This document shows positions 29,054-39,831 of a stretch of DNA of 64,000 bases, in pieces. Under the pieces are notes generated by a model. The model was given only the letters and a program-made list of their open reading frames with translations. It ran no database searches and was not told where the DNA came from. This DNA comes from an uncultured Oscillospiraceae bacterium (lineage in GTDB: Bacteria > Bacillota > Clostridia > Oscillospirales > Oscillospiraceae), in the NCBI GenBank assembly GCA_958423465.1, contig CATZRD010000006.1, forward strand, positions 21,712 to 85,711, in the 5' to 3' direction. How positions within the stretch are numbered: position 1 is the stretch's first letter; each line of letters begins with the position of its first letter. A program made the translations under genes and the position numbers.

Positions 29054-30199
29054 ATGACGCGAGGCATATCTCTGCTGGGGTCCACCGGCTCTATCGGCCG
29101 GCAGACCCTGGAGGTTTGCGCGGAGCAGGGGATCCCGGTGATGGCCCTGACGGCAAACCGCAATATTGACCTGTTGGAGCGGCAGACGAGGCAATTCCGG
29201 CCTCGTCTCGCTGTGCTGGCGGATATGGAAGCGGCCCTGGCCTTCGCCCGCCGGGTGGAGGACCTGGATGTGAAGGTAGCCTACGGCATGGAGGGGCTGG
29301 TGGAGGCGGCCGCCCTGCCGGAGAGCGACACGGTGGTCACCGCCGTGGTAGGCATGGTGGGGCTGACGCCCACCCTGGCCGCCGTGGAGCGGGGCAAGCG
29401 GGTGGCCCTGGCCAACAAGGAGACCCTGGTCTGCGGCGGCGATCTGGTGATGGCCGCCGCCCGCCGCCGGGGGGCGGAGATCCTTCCGGTGGACAGCGAG
29501 CACTCCGCCATTTTCCAGTGCCTCCAGGGCTCCCGGAGCCGGGAGGAGGTGCGCCGGGTGATCCTGACCTGCTCCGGCGGCCCCTTTTTCGGCATGTCCC
29601 GGGAGGAGATGGCGGGCAAGACCAGGGCCGACGCCCTGCGCCACCCCAACTGGAGCATGGGGCCGAAGATCACCGTGGACTGCGCCACCCTGATGAACAA
29701 GGGGCTGGAGGTCATCGAGGCCATGCACCTCTTCCAGCTCCCACCGGAGCAGGTGAGCGTGGTCATCCACCGGCAGAGCGTGATCCACTCCATGGTGGAG
29801 TACCGGGACGGGGCGGTGCTGGCCCAATTAGGGACGGCGGATATGCGCCTGCCCATCCGGTACGCCCTGACCTGGCCGGACCGGGGCGCCTCCCGGGCGG
29901 AGCCGCTGGATCTGCTCTCCTGCCCGCCTCTGACCTTCGCGCCGCCGGACCTGGAGGCGTTCCCCTGCTTTGCCATGGCCCTGGCCTGCGCCCGGGAGGG
30001 CGGCACCAGCCGGGCGGTGCTGAACGGCGCCAACGAGGCGGCGGTGGGGCTGTTCCTCCGGGACGAGATCGGCTTCGGACAGATTCCGGAGCTGGTGGCG
30101 GAGGCCCTGGACGCGGTTCCGGTGAAATATGATCCCGACCTGGCGGATATACTGGAAGCGGACCGCCTGGCCAGAGAAGCAGTGCTGGCGGCCCGTTAG
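29054..30199 (+). CDS. dxr: 1-deoxy-D-xylulose 5-phosphate reductoisomerase
   Basis: LGSTGSIG NADPH-binding N-terminus and Dxr core. Confidence 0.9.
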   Translation: MTRGISLLGSTGSIGRQTLEVCAEQGIPVMALTANRNIDLLERQTRQFRPRLAVLADMEAALAFARRVEDLDVKVAYGMEGLVEAAALPESDTVVTAVVGMVGLTPTLAAVERGKRVALANKETLVCGGDLVMAAARRRGAEILPVDSEHSAIFQCLQGSRSREEVRRVILTCSGGPFFGMSREEMAGKTRADALRHPNWSMGPKITVDCATLMNKGLEVIEAMHLFQLPPEQVSVVIHRQSVIHSMVEYRDGAVLAQLGTADMRLPIRYALTWPDRGASRAEPLDLLSCPPLTFAPPDLEAFPCFAMALACAREGGTSRAVLNGANEAAVGLFLRDEIGFGQIPELVAEALDAVPVKYDPDLADILEADRLAREAVLAAR

Positions 30200-30237
30200 G
30201 ACGCCTGCGATCCCAATAGAAAGGAACTTCCGAACGT

Positions 30238-31305
30238 ATGTATATCATCATCGCGATCTTGCTGTTCGGCATTCTCATTGCCGCCCACGAGTGGGGGCAC
30301 TTCATCGCCGCCCGGCTCTGCGGCGTCACGGTAAACGAGTTTTCCCTGGGCATGGGGCCGGTGCTGTGGAAGAAGATGGGGAAGAAGGGGACCCAGTTTT
30401 CCATCCGGGCCCTGCCCATCGGCGGCTTCTGCGCCATGGAGGGGGAGGAAGAGGAGTCCGACGACCCTCACAGCCTCTCCAACCAGGGCTTTTGGGCGAA
30501 GATCGTGGTTTTCGCCGCCGGGGCCTTCATGAATTTTCTGGTGGGCCTGGTGCTGGTGGCCTGCGTGTTCGCCCCCGCCCAGGCCTTCCGCACCGCCGAG
30601 ATCACCGGCTTCGCCCCGGAGTTCGATCTCCGGGGGGAGGACGGCCTCATGGAGGGGGACGTGCTCTACCGGGTGGACGGGGAGCGGATCTACGTCTACA
30701 GCGACGTGACCCTCTTTCTGGGGCAGAACGACGGCCAGGGCTTTGACCTGGTGGTGCTGCGGGACGGGGAAAAGGTAGTTTTGAAGGACTTTCCCATGAC
30801 CTTCCGGGAGTGTACCTCCACTGACGGGGAGACAACATATACCGGCTACGGCATCTACTTCGGCGGCATGGAGGAGGCCACCCTGGGCGTCAAGCTGAGG
30901 ATGATCTGGTACAACACCATCGACTTCGTCCGCATCGTCCGCTACAGCCTCCAGCAGCTCTTTACCGGCGGCTTCGGCGTGAAGGACCTGAGCGGGCCGG
31001 TGGGCATCGTGTCCGCTGTCAACGACGTGGGACAGCAGAGCGCCACGTTCCTGGACGCTATGCTGAACATCGCCTACTTCGGGGCCATGATCGCCGTCAA
31101 CCTGGCCGTCATGAACCTGCTGCCCATCCCCGCGCTGGACGGGGGCCATATCCTGTTCCTGATTGTATCCACCCTGGTCGAGAAGCTGTTCAGGAAGAAG
31201 ATCCCCATGAAGTACGAGGCCGCCGTCAACCTGGTGTTCCTGGTGGCGCTGATGGCGCTGATGGCCTTTGTGACCGTCAACGACGTGATCAAACTGTTTG
31301 AATAG
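30238..31305 (+). CDS. rseP: RIP metalloprotease RseP/RasP (site-2 protease)
   Basis: HEWGHF HExxH zinc motif in TM helix, PDZ region, C-terminal LDGG motif. Confidence 0.85.
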   Translation: MYIIIAILLFGILIAAHEWGHFIAARLCGVTVNEFSLGMGPVLWKKMGKKGTQFSIRALPIGGFCAMEGEEEESDDPHSLSNQGFWAKIVVFAAGAFMNFLVGLVLVACVFAPAQAFRTAEITGFAPEFDLRGEDGLMEGDVLYRVDGERIYVYSDVTLFLGQNDGQGFDLVVLRDGEKVVLKDFPMTFRECTSTDGETTYTGYGIYFGGMEEATLGVKLRMIWYNTIDFVRIVRYSLQQLFTGGFGVKDLSGPVGIVSAVNDVGQQSATFLDAMLNIAYFGAMIAVNLAVMNLLPIPALDGGHILFLIVSTLVEKLFRKKIPMKYEAAVNLVFLVALMALMAFVTVNDVIKLFE

Positions 31306-31316
31306 GGAGGCGCGGC

Positions 31317-32354
31317 ATGACAAAACGGCTGATGGTGGGGACTGTCCCGGTGGGCGGCGGCGCGCCGGTATCCATCCAGTCCATGTGCAATACCAAGACC
31401 GGCGACGTGGAGGCCACCGTGGAGCAGATCCTCCGGCTGGAGGAGGCGGGCTGTGAGATCGTCCGGGTGGCGGTGCCGGATCTGCCGGCGGCCCGGGCCA
31501 TCGGGGCCATCAGGAGCCGAATCCACATCCCTCTGGTGGCGGACATCCACTTCGATTACAGACTGGCATTGGAGTGCGTGGACCGGGGGGTGGATAAGAT
31601 CCGCCTGAACCCGGGGAACATCGGGGGAGAGGACCGGGTGAAGGCGGTGGCGGACGCCTGCCGGAACAACCATGTTCCCATCCGCATCGGCGTCAACGGC
31701 GGTTCCCTGGAGAAGGAGCTGCGGCGGAAGTACGGCGGCGTTACCGCCCAGGCCCTGGTGGAAAGCGCCCTGGGCCACGTTTCGCTGCTGAACAGATTTG
31801 ACTTTGACGACATCTGCATCTCCGTGAAGTGCTCCTCCGTACCGCTGACGGTGGCCGCCTACCGCGCCCTCAGCGAGCGGTGCCAGTATCCGCTGCACCT
31901 GGGGGTGACGGAAGCGGGGACCCCGGAGATGGGTATGGTGAAATCCGCCATGGGCATCGGGGGCCTGCTGTGTCTGGGCATCGGGGACACCCTGCGGGTG
32001 ACTCTCACCGCTGATCCGGTGGAGGAGGTCTACGCCGCCAAGAAGATCCTGCTGGCGGCAGGCCTGCGGCGGGAGGGGCCTGAGCTTATCGCCTGTCCCA
32101 CCTGCGGGCGGACCAACATCGACCTGATCCCCATGGCCCGGGAGGTGGAGCGCCGTCTGGCGGGCTGCAAAAAGCCCATTACCGTGGCGGTGATGGGCTG
32201 CGCGGTGAACGGCCCGGGAGAGGCCGCCGCCGCCGACGTGGGCATTGCCGGCGGCGTTGGAGAGGGGCTGCTGTTCCGCCGGGGACAGGTCCTTCGAAAG
32301 GTCCCCCAGGAGAAGCTAGTGGACGCGCTGATGGAGGAGATCGAGAAGCTGTAA
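31317..32354 (+). CDS. ispG: 4-hydroxy-3-methylbut-2-enyl diphosphate synthase (flavodoxin)
   Basis: IspG/GcpE signature and C-terminal Cys ligands (CPTCGR...GCAVNG). Confidence 0.9.
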   Translation: MTKRLMVGTVPVGGGAPVSIQSMCNTKTGDVEATVEQILRLEEAGCEIVRVAVPDLPAARAIGAIRSRIHIPLVADIHFDYRLALECVDRGVDKIRLNPGNIGGEDRVKAVADACRNNHVPIRIGVNGGSLEKELRRKYGGVTAQALVESALGHVSLLNRFDFDDICISVKCSSVPLTVAAYRALSERCQYPLHLGVTEAGTPEMGMVKSAMGIGGLLCLGIGDTLRVTLTADPVEEVYAAKKILLAAGLRREGPELIACPTCGRTNIDLIPMAREVERRLAGCKKPITVAVMGCAVNGPGEAAAADVGIAGGVGEGLLFRRGQVLRKVPQEKLVDALMEEIEKL

Positions 32355-32399
32355 GCGGCCCGGCCGAACAAGAGACGTACATAGGATCGGAAGAGGACT

Positions 32400-35300
32400 A
32401 TGGCACAGAAGATACCTTTTTTTGAGTTTTTTACAAGTTTACCGCTGTCCTGGAGCCTCCGGGCGGCTTTGGACGGGGCGCAGGTCACGGCCCTGGAGGT
32501 GGACCGGGCCAACCGGACCATGCTCCTGGCCCTCACCGTCCGGGGAGAGCTGGCCGAAGAGGCCCGGGAGGAGCTGACCGGGGCGGTCCGGGAGGCGTAC
32601 CGGCTCAGCGAGGTCCGGCTGCGCCTGACGGCGGAGGCCCCCAGGACCGCCAAGGAGAAGGGCGGCGGCGAGACGGTGCTATTCGGCGGGGCGGTGAAGG
32701 GGGCCGTCCACCCCATGACGGATCTGAACCCTAAGATGGGCAATGTGGTGGTGGCGGGGAAGGTGTTTTTCGCCGACTTCTACGAGACCCGCCGCCCCGG
32801 CGTGTTCTGCCTCACCTTCGACATGACCGACTTCCAGGGCTCGGTGCGGGTGACCAAGTACATGCAGAAGGAGGAGCGCGCCGCCCTGAAGAAGGAGATC
32901 AAGCCCGGCATGTGGCTGAAGGTCCAGGGGTTCGTCAAGCTGAACCGGGATGGCAGCGACGTGCTCCTGGAACCCAGAAATATCGTTACCTACCCCCACG
33001 AGATGCGCCAGGACACCGCCCCGGTGAAGCGGGTGGAGCTGCATCTGCATACCACCTTTTCCAACATGGACGCCCTTTCCCCCCTGAATCCCAAGGCGGG
33101 GCCGGAGGAGAATATCGTCAAGCGGGCGGAGGCCTGGGGCCATCCGGCCATCGCCATCACGGACCACGGCGTGGTCCAGGGCTTTCCCGACGCCTGGCAC
33201 TCCGCCAAGGACATCAAGCTCCTCTATGGCATGGAGGGCTACTTTGTCAACAACTTAGACGACCGCATCGCCGTCCACGGAGGCGGAGACTGGCCCTTCG
33301 ACGGGGAGTATGTGGCCTTCGATATCGAGACTACCGGCCTTCAGGTCACCCGGGAGGCCATCACAGAGATCGGCGCCGTGGTCATCAAAAACGGCGAGGT
33401 GACGGACCGGTTCCAGACCTTTGTGGACCCGGGCCGCCACCTGACGCCGGAGATCATCTCCCTGACGGGCATCACCGACGCCATGCTCCAGGGGGCCCCC
33501 AAGCCCCGGGAGGCCCTGCGGGCTTTTCTGGACTTCGCGGGGGACCGGCCTCTGGCGGCCCACAACGCGGAGTTCGACATCAGCTTCATCCGCGCGGGCT
33601 GCGCCCGGGAGGGCTATGACTTCGACCCGGTATATGTGGATACGCTGATCCTGGCCCAGAACCTGCTGCCGGAGTTGGGGAAGTACAAGCTGGACATCGT
33701 GGCGGAGCATTTGAAGCTCCCCGCCTTCCAGCACCACCGGGCCAGCGACGACGCCGCTACCTGCGGCCTCTTCCTGCCCCACTTCTTTCAGATGCTGGAG
33801 GGCATGGGGGTCCGCTCCCTGGGGGAGATCAACGCCGCCATGCCCTCCCTGCGGAAGAAGGGCCGGGCCAACCGCCGTCCCCGGCATATCATTCTGCTGG
33901 TGAAAAACAAGGTGGGGCTGAAGAACCTGTACCAGCTGGTGTCTGCCTCCAACCTGCAATACTTCAAGCGGGTGCCCATCATCCCCAAGGACGAGCTGAT
34001 CGCCCACCGGGAGGGCCTGATCGTCGGCTCCGCCTGCGAGGCGGGGGAGCTGTTCCAGGCAGTGGCGGATCACAAGGACTGGGCGGAGCTGAAGCGAATC
34101 GCCTCCTTTTACGACTATCTGGAGATCCAGCCTCTGTGCAACAACGCCTTCATGATCCGGGAGGGGAAGGCCAAGGACCAGGAGGAGCTGCGGGAACTGA
34201 ACCGCACCATCGTCCGCCTGGGAGAGGAGCTGGGCAAGCCGGTGTGCGCCACCGGGGACGTCCACTTTATGGACCCGGAGGACGAGATCTACCGGCACAT
34301 TCTGCTGGACACCAAGAAGTTCTCCGACTGCGACCAGAGCCTGCCCATCTACTTCAAGACCACCGACGAGATGCTGGAGGAGTTTTCCTATCTGGGGGAG
34401 GAGAAGGCCATGGAGGTGGTGGTCACCAACCCCCGGGCCATCGCGGACCAGGTGGAGACCTTCGACCTGCTGCCCAAGGGGAAGCTCTTCCCGCCCCGGC
34501 TGGAAAACTCCGAGGAGGACTTGAACCGGCTGGTATGGGACAAGGTCCACGAGCTGTACGGCGAGGACCCGCCCCAGCTCATCGTGGACCGGCTGAACGT
34601 GGAGCTGGGGGGCATTTTGGGCAAGTACGACGTGGTGTATATGTCTGCCCAGAAGCTGGTCCAGCGGTCCCTGGAGAACGGCTATCTGGTGGGCTCCCGG
34701 GGGTCCGTGGGCTCGTCCCTGGTGGCCTATATGTCCGGCATCACCGAGGTCAACGCCCTGCCGCCCCACTACCGCTGCCCCAAGTGCAAAAACAGCGAGT
34801 TTATCACCGACGGCTCCTACGGCTGCGGGGCGGACATGCCGGACAAGGTCTGCCCGGTGTGCGGCGAGAAATATGTGAAGGACGGCTTCGACATCCCCTT
34901 TGAGACCTTTTTGGGCTTCGGCGGCGGCAAGGTGCCTGATATCGACCTGAACTTCTCCGGGGAGTACCAGGCCCGCGCCCACCGCCACGCCATCGAGATG
35001 TTCGGAGAGACCCAGGTGTTCCGGGCGGGGACCATCGGCACCGTGGCGGAAAAGACCGCCTACGGCTATGTGAAGAAGTATCTGGAGGCCCGGGGGCTGG
35101 AGCCGGGCCACGCGGAGGAGAACCGCCTGGCCCTGGGCTGCGTGGGGGTGAAACGTACCACCGGCCAGCACCCCGGCGGCCTGGTGGTGGTGCCCGACGA
35201 CCTGGACGTGGAGGATTTCTGCCCCGTCCAGCACCCCGCCGACGCCGCGGACAGCGACATCATCACCACCCACTTTGAATACCACTGTATGGAGGACAAC

Positions 35301-36371
35301 CTCCTGAAGCTGGATATGCTGGGTCACGATGACCCCACTATGGTCCGGATGCTGGAGGACCTCACCGGGGTGAACGCCCGGGCCATCCCTCTGGACGACC
35401 CGGACACCATGAGCCTGTTCACCTCCAGTAAGGCACTGGGCTTTGAAAACGACGAGATCCTGGGGCCCACCGGGGCCGTGGCCATCCCGGAGTTCAACAC
35501 CAAGTTCACCCGCCAGATGCTCGTGGACACCCAGCCCAGGGACTTCAACACCCTGGTGCGTCTCTCCGGCTTCTCCCACGGTACCGACGTGTGGCTGGGC
35601 AACGCCCGGGAGCTGATCGTGGGCGGCACCGCCTCCGTCTCCGAGACGGTAGGGTGCCGGGACGACATCATGCTCTACCTGATCTCCAAGGGGCTGGAGC
35701 CCAAAATGAGCTTCAAGATCATGGAGTCCGTCCGAAAGGGCAAGGTGAAGAAGGGCGGCTTCGAGGAGGGCTGGGTGGACGCCATGAAGGAGCACGACGT
35801 GCCGGACTGGTATATCGACTCCCTCAGCAAGATCGGCTACCTGTTCCCCAAGGCCCACGCCGTGGCCTACGTCATGATGGCCTTCCGCATCGCCTGGTTC
35901 AAGGTCCACCGGCCCTTGGCCTTCTACGCCGCCTTTTTCTCCATCCGGGCCAAGGCCTTCGACGCGGAGTACTGCTGCGCCGGCCTGGACGCGGTGAAGC
36001 GGAAGTATCTGGAGATCACGAACAACAAGGACGCCTCCGCCGTGGAGCAGGACCTGGCGGTGACATTGGAGGTGTGCTACGAGTTCTACCTCCGGGGCTT
36101 CCGGTTCGAGCCTATCAGCATCTACGAGTCCGAGGCCACCCGGTTCAAGGTCAAGGAGCCGGACGCCCTGATCCCGCCCTTTACCGCCGTCCGGGGTCTG
36201 GGGGAGACGGCGGCGCTGGACACCGTGGAAAAGCGGAAGGGGAAGGAGTTCATCTCCGTGGAAGAGTTCGCGGCCTGCTGCAATAAGCTCTCCAAGACCC
36301 ACATCGACCAGCTGAAGGCCCTTGGGGCCTTCGCCGGCATGGCGGATACCAGCCAGATCACATTGTTCTGA
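32400..36371 (+). CDS. polC: DNA polymerase III PolC-type
   Basis: 1323 aa Gram-positive PolC with PHP, exonuclease (FDIETTG) and polymerase domains. Confidence 0.9.
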   Translation: MAQKIPFFEFFTSLPLSWSLRAALDGAQVTALEVDRANRTMLLALTVRGELAEEAREELTGAVREAYRLSEVRLRLTAEAPRTAKEKGGGETVLFGGAVKGAVHPMTDLNPKMGNVVVAGKVFFADFYETRRPGVFCLTFDMTDFQGSVRVTKYMQKEERAALKKEIKPGMWLKVQGFVKLNRDGSDVLLEPRNIVTYPHEMRQDTAPVKRVELHLHTTFSNMDALSPLNPKAGPEENIVKRAEAWGHPAIAITDHGVVQGFPDAWHSAKDIKLLYGMEGYFVNNLDDRIAVHGGGDWPFDGEYVAFDIETTGLQVTREAITEIGAVVIKNGEVTDRFQTFVDPGRHLTPEIISLTGITDAMLQGAPKPREALRAFLDFAGDRPLAAHNAEFDISFIRAGCAREGYDFDPVYVDTLILAQNLLPELGKYKLDIVAEHLKLPAFQHHRASDDAATCGLFLPHFFQMLEGMGVRSLGEINAAMPSLRKKGRANRRPRHIILLVKNKVGLKNLYQLVSASNLQYFKRVPIIPKDELIAHREGLIVGSACEAGELFQAVADHKDWAELKRIASFYDYLEIQPLCNNAFMIREGKAKDQEELRELNRTIVRLGEELGKPVCATGDVHFMDPEDEIYRHILLDTKKFSDCDQSLPIYFKTTDEMLEEFSYLGEEKAMEVVVTNPRAIADQVETFDLLPKGKLFPPRLENSEEDLNRLVWDKVHELYGEDPPQLIVDRLNVELGGILGKYDVVYMSAQKLVQRSLENGYLVGSRGSVGSSLVAYMSGITEVNALPPHYRCPKCKNSEFITDGSYGCGADMPDKVCPVCGEKYVKDGFDIPFETFLGFGGGKVPDIDLNFSGEYQARAHRHAIEMFGETQVFRAGTIGTVAEKTAYGYVKKYLEARGLEPGHAEENRLALGCVGVKRTTGQHPGGLVVVPDDLDVEDFCPVQHPADAADSDIITTHFEYHCMEDNLLKLDMLGHDDPTMVRMLEDLTGVNARAIPLDDPDTMSLFTSSKALGFENDEILGPTGAVAIPEFNTKFTRQMLVDTQPRDFNTLVRLSGFSHGTDVWLGNARELIVGGTASVSETVGCRDDIMLYLISKGLEPKMSFKIMESVRKGKVKKGGFEEGWVDAMKEHDVPDWYIDSLSKIGYLFPKAHAVAYVMMAFRIAWFKVHRPLAFYAAFFSIRAKAFDAEYCCAGLDAVKRKYLEITNNKDASAVEQDLAVTLEVCYEFYLRGFRFEPISIYESEATRFKVKEPDALIPPFTAVRGLGETAALDTVEKRKGKEFISVEEFAACCNKLSKTHIDQLKALGAFAGMADTSQITLF

Positions 36372-36375
36372 AAAC

Positions 36376-36427
36376 ACCGAAGGGAAGGGACCCGCGCCGC
36401 GGCGCGGGTCCCTTCCCTTCGGTTTTG
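36376..36427. terminator. bidirectional intrinsic terminator between polC and malQ
   Basis: ~22-bp perfect palindromic stem ACCGAAGGGAAGGGACCCGCGCC... flanked by A-run and T-run. Confidence 0.85.
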
Positions 36428-36429
36428 GT

Positions 36430-37926
36430 TCAGTTATGTGCTGATTCCGGCAGGCGCCGGTAGAGCGCGGTCTCGTGGCGGAGACGCCGGGCCAGTTCCG
36501 GGGTAAAATCGCCAGGGAGGGCCCGCCAGGTCCAGTTTTTCCCCAGGGTGGAGGGCTTGTTCATCCGGGCCTCATGCCCCAGGCCCAGCAGGTCCTGAGC
36601 GGTGACGATGGCGGTGTCCGCCGCGGAGGCCAGGGCGCTTCGCATCAGGCCCCAGTGGCAGCCCTCGCCCTCGGTGAGTTTCAGGTAGTCCACGGCGAAG
36701 GCCCGGTCCTCCGGGGAGAGGCTTTCCAGCCAGCCCAGGGCGGTGTCGTTGTCGTGGGTGCCCACATAGCACACGCAGTTTCTGCCGTAGTTATGGGGCA
36801 AATAGTCGCTCTCCACGCCCCGGCTGTCAAAGGCCATCTGCAGGACCTTCATGCCGGGGAAGCCAGTCTCCCGGAGAAGCTGCCGCACCGAGTCGGTAAG
36901 ATAGCCCAGGTCCTCGGCGATGATGGCCTGCTTTCCCAGAGCCCGCTCCACCGCCCGGAAGAGCTTCATCCCGGGCCCCTGCCGCCAGTGGCCGTCCCGG
37001 GCGGTGGCCGCCTGGGGAGGGATGACGTAGTAGGCGTCGAACCCCCGGAAGTGGTCGATCCGCAGCATATCATAGAAGCTCTTCTGCCAGCGGATGCGCT
37101 GGATCCACCAGGCGTAGCCGTCGGCCTCCATCCGCTCCCAGTCGAAGAGGGGGTTGCCCCACAGCTGGCCGTCGGCGGTGAAGCCGTCCGGCGGGACGCC
37201 GGCCACCTCCACGGGCCGCATGTCCCCGTCCAGCTGGAACTGTCCGGGCCGGGCCCACACGTCGGCGGAGTCGCCGGAGACATAGATGGGCAGGTCCCCG
37301 ATAAAGCGGACGCCCCGGCGGTTGGCGTAGTCCTTCAGGGCGGACCACTGGCGGAAGAAGAGGTACTGGACCCCCTGCCAGAAGTCCATCGGGTCCGCCA
37401 GACGGGCCCTGGCGGCGTCCATGGCGGCCGGCTCCCGCCGGCGGAGGGAATCGGGCCACTCCTGCCAGGAGCGGCCGCCGTTTTCCTCTTTCAGCGCCAT
37501 GAAGAGGGCGTAGTCGGGCAGCCAGGACCCGTTGCCGGCGAGGAAGTCCCCGTAGTCCGCCGGGGGCGCCTCCAGCAGCCGCTGGACCGCCCGGCGCAGT
37601 ACGCCGTTCCGCTGGCGGTAGAGGAGGCCGAAGTCCACCTGCCGGGGGTCGTCCCCCCAGGACAGGGAGGCGTACTCCTCCCGCTTCAGCAGGCCGTCCG
37701 CCGCCAGATCGTCCAGATCGATGAGGTAGGGATTGCCCGCGAAGGTGGAAAAGCTCTGATAGGGAGAGTCGCCGAAGCTGGTAGGCCCGATGGGCAGGAT
37801 CTGCCACCAGGTCTGTCCCGCCGCGGCGAGAAAGTCCGCGAAATCTCTGGCCGCCTGCCCCATGGTCCCCACGCCATAGGGGGAGGGGAGGCTGGTCAGG
37901 TGCATCAATACGCCGCTGGTCCTCAT
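36430..37926 (-). CDS. malQ: 4-alpha-glucanotransferase (amylomaltase)
   Basis: GH77 N-terminus (GVLMHLTSLPSPYGVG) and full length; start overlaps LacI stop (ATGA). Confidence 0.85.
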   Translation of the reverse strand: MRTSGVLMHLTSLPSPYGVGTMGQAARDFADFLAAAGQTWWQILPIGPTSFGDSPYQSFSTFAGNPYLIDLDDLAADGLLKREEYASLSWGDDPRQVDFGLLYRQRNGVLRRAVQRLLEAPPADYGDFLAGNGSWLPDYALFMALKEENGGRSWQEWPDSLRRREPAAMDAARARLADPMDFWQGVQYLFFRQWSALKDYANRRGVRFIGDLPIYVSGDSADVWARPGQFQLDGDMRPVEVAGVPPDGFTADGQLWGNPLFDWERMEADGYAWWIQRIRWQKSFYDMLRIDHFRGFDAYYVIPPQAATARDGHWRQGPGMKLFRAVERALGKQAIIAEDLGYLTDSVRQLLRETGFPGMKVLQMAFDSRGVESDYLPHNYGRNCVCYVGTHDNDTALGWLESLSPEDRAFAVDYLKLTEGEGCHWGLMRSALASAADTAIVTAQDLLGLGHEARMNKPSTLGKNWTWRALPGDFTPELARRLRHETALYRRLPESAHN

Positions 37927-38966
37927 AGGTCATCCATCCTGCCTTTCATGTGCCGCACGCTTTCGCCCAGGGTCAGGGAAAAGGGGATGATCTCATGGAC
38001 CGCGTCCTGTTCCCCCGCCAGCTGCGCCAGCAGAATTTCCACGCCCCGCCGGGCCATCTGGTCCGCGCCCTGCCGGATGGTGGTCAGCCGGGGGGTGCAG
38101 TAATGGGCCTGCTCGATGCCGTCGTAGCCCATGACAGACACGTCCTCCGGGATTCGCCGGCCCCGGTCCAGGACGGCCCGGATGGCGCCGATGGCCATCA
38201 CGTCCGACATGGCGAAGATGGCGGTCAGCTCCGGCATACGGTCCAACAGGACCCGGGTGCCCTCGTAGCCGCCCTCCATGGAGAAACGGGCCTGGGCGGT
38301 CTGGCTGGCCGGGTCGAAGGGAACGCCCCGCTGGGCGCAGGCCCGGATGCAGCCGGTGAGGCGGAGCTGACTGGTGTTGCAAAGCAGCTCCGGGCTGACC
38401 ACGCAGCTTTCGCCGCCGATGACGCCCACGGCACGGTGTCCCGCGTCCAGCAGAAAGCCCATGGCGCTGGCGGCGCCGTCGATGTCGTCGGTGGCTACGC
38501 TGGAGAGGTTGGGAAAGCCCATGGCGCTGGCCCGGTTGGAGACCAGCACGCAGGGACAGACGATCTGACCGAAACTTTTCAGAAAGTTGCCGCGGTTGCC
38601 GCCCAGAAACAGGATGCCCATGGGCTTCAGCTCCCGGCAGACGCGGACGGCCTGCTCCACCTCGTTGTCATCCTCGTCCAGATAGTAGACCGCGGCGGCC
38701 TTGCCGGCGGCCTTGATGAGGCTCTGCATCGTCTCCAGAATACTGGCGAAGAGCATATTGCCCACACCTTTGACGATGATGGCGATGCTTTCGCTCCTGC
38801 GCTGCTTCAGGTGGCGGGCATTGTCGTTGGGCTGGAAGCCGGTCTCCGCCACCACGGCCAGAACGCGGGACCTGGCTTCGGGGCTGACCCCCGGGGTCCC
38901 GTTCAGGACCCGGGAGACGGTACCCACGGCGTAGCCGGAGCGGCGGGCGATGTCCTTGATGGTCAC
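37923..38966 (-). CDS. LacI family transcriptional regulator
   Basis: N-terminal HTH (TIKDIARRSGYAVGTVSRVLN) plus periplasmic-binding-fold domain; GTG start with GGAGGTG RBS. Confidence 0.85.
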   Translation of the reverse strand: MTIKDIARRSGYAVGTVSRVLNGTPGVSPEARSRVLAVVAETGFQPNDNARHLKQRRSESIAIIVKGVGNMLFASILETMQSLIKAAGKAAAVYYLDEDDNEVEQAVRVCRELKPMGILFLGGNRGNFLKSFGQIVCPCVLVSNRASAMGFPNLSSVATDDIDGAASAMGFLLDAGHRAVGVIGGESCVVSPELLCNTSQLRLTGCIRACAQRGVPFDPASQTAQARFSMEGGYEGTRVLLDRMPELTAIFAMSDVMAIGAIRAVLDRGRRIPEDVSVMGYDGIEQAHYCTPRLTTIRQGADQMARRGVEILLAQLAGEQDAVHEIIPFSLTLGESVRHMKGRMDDL

Positions 38967-38982
38967 AGGGCCGACACCTCCG

Positions 38983-39831
38983 TCAGCCCTTGACCGCGCC
39001 GGCGATCACGCCCTTGATGATGTGCTTCTGGCAGAGGAGATAGACGATGATGATGGGCAGCACCGTCATCATGATGCAGGCCATCATGGGGCCCATTTCC
39101 ACCTTCCCGAAGCTGCCACGGAAATACTGGATCAAAATGGGGATGGTCTGATAGCCCTTGGTGCGGTCCAGCACCAGATAGGGCAGCAGATAGTCGTTCC
39201 ACACCCACATGGTCTCCAGAATCCCTACGGAGATCAGCGTAGGCTTCAGCACGGGCAGCACCACCAGGAAGAAGGTGCGCAGGGGGCCGCAGCCGTCGAT
39301 CATGGCGGCCTCCTCGATCTCCAGAGGGATGGACTTCATGAACCCGCAGAACATGAAGGAGGCCAGCCCCGCGCCGAAGCCCAGATAGATGATGCAGATA
39401 TTGTAGGGGTTGGAGAGCTTCAGCCGGTCCGCCGTGGAACTGAGGGTGAACATGAGCATCTGGAAGGGGACCACCATGGAAAAGACAAAGAGGAAGTAGC
39501 ACAGCTTGCTCCACCAGGTCTGTACCCGGGTGACGAACCACGCGCACATGGAGCAGCAGATCAGAATCAGCACCACAGAGGTGACGGTAATCACCAGAGA
39601 GTACCAAAAGGCGGTGAGGAAGCCCTTGGACTGAAGGGCGTTCACGTAGTTGGCAAGTCCCGCGAAGCTCTCGGCGTTGGGCAGCTGAAAGGCGGTGGAC
39701 GTGGTAATAGCCGTATCCTTCTTCAACGAGTTGAACAGGATCATCACGATGGGATATACCCAGGCCAGACACAGGATCCCCAGAACGACGGAGAGGATGG
39801 CGTCCTTGATCTTAGCTGATTTTGCCATTAC
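38983..39831 (-). CDS. carbohydrate ABC transporter permease (MalG-like)
   Basis: EAA loop motif region (IDGCGPLRTFFLVVLP); ATG at comp 39829-39831 with AAGGAGGTG RBS (track start 39933 is an extension). Confidence 0.8.
   Translation of the reverse strand, partial: VMAKSAKIKDAILSVVLGILCLAWVYPIVMILFNSLKKDTAITTSTAFQLPNAESFAGLANYVNALQSKGFLTAFWYSLVITVTSVVLILICCSMCAWFVTRVQTWWSKLCYFLFVFSMVVPFQMLMFTLSSTADRLKLSNPYNICIIYLGFGAGLASFMFCGFMKSIPLEIEEAAMIDGCGPLRTFFLVVLPVLKPTLISVGILETMWVWNDYLLPYLVLDRTKGYQTIPILIQYFRGSFGKVEMGPMMACIMMTVLPIIIVYLLCQKHIIKGVIAGAVKG

Noticed and set aside
33255-36377. 1040-aa ORF antisense to polC
   Set aside because: Antisense to polC; high-GC artefact
36475-38103. 542-aa plus-strand ORF over malQ/LacI
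   Set aside because: Antisense to malQ and LacI genes, Gly/Pro/Val-rich
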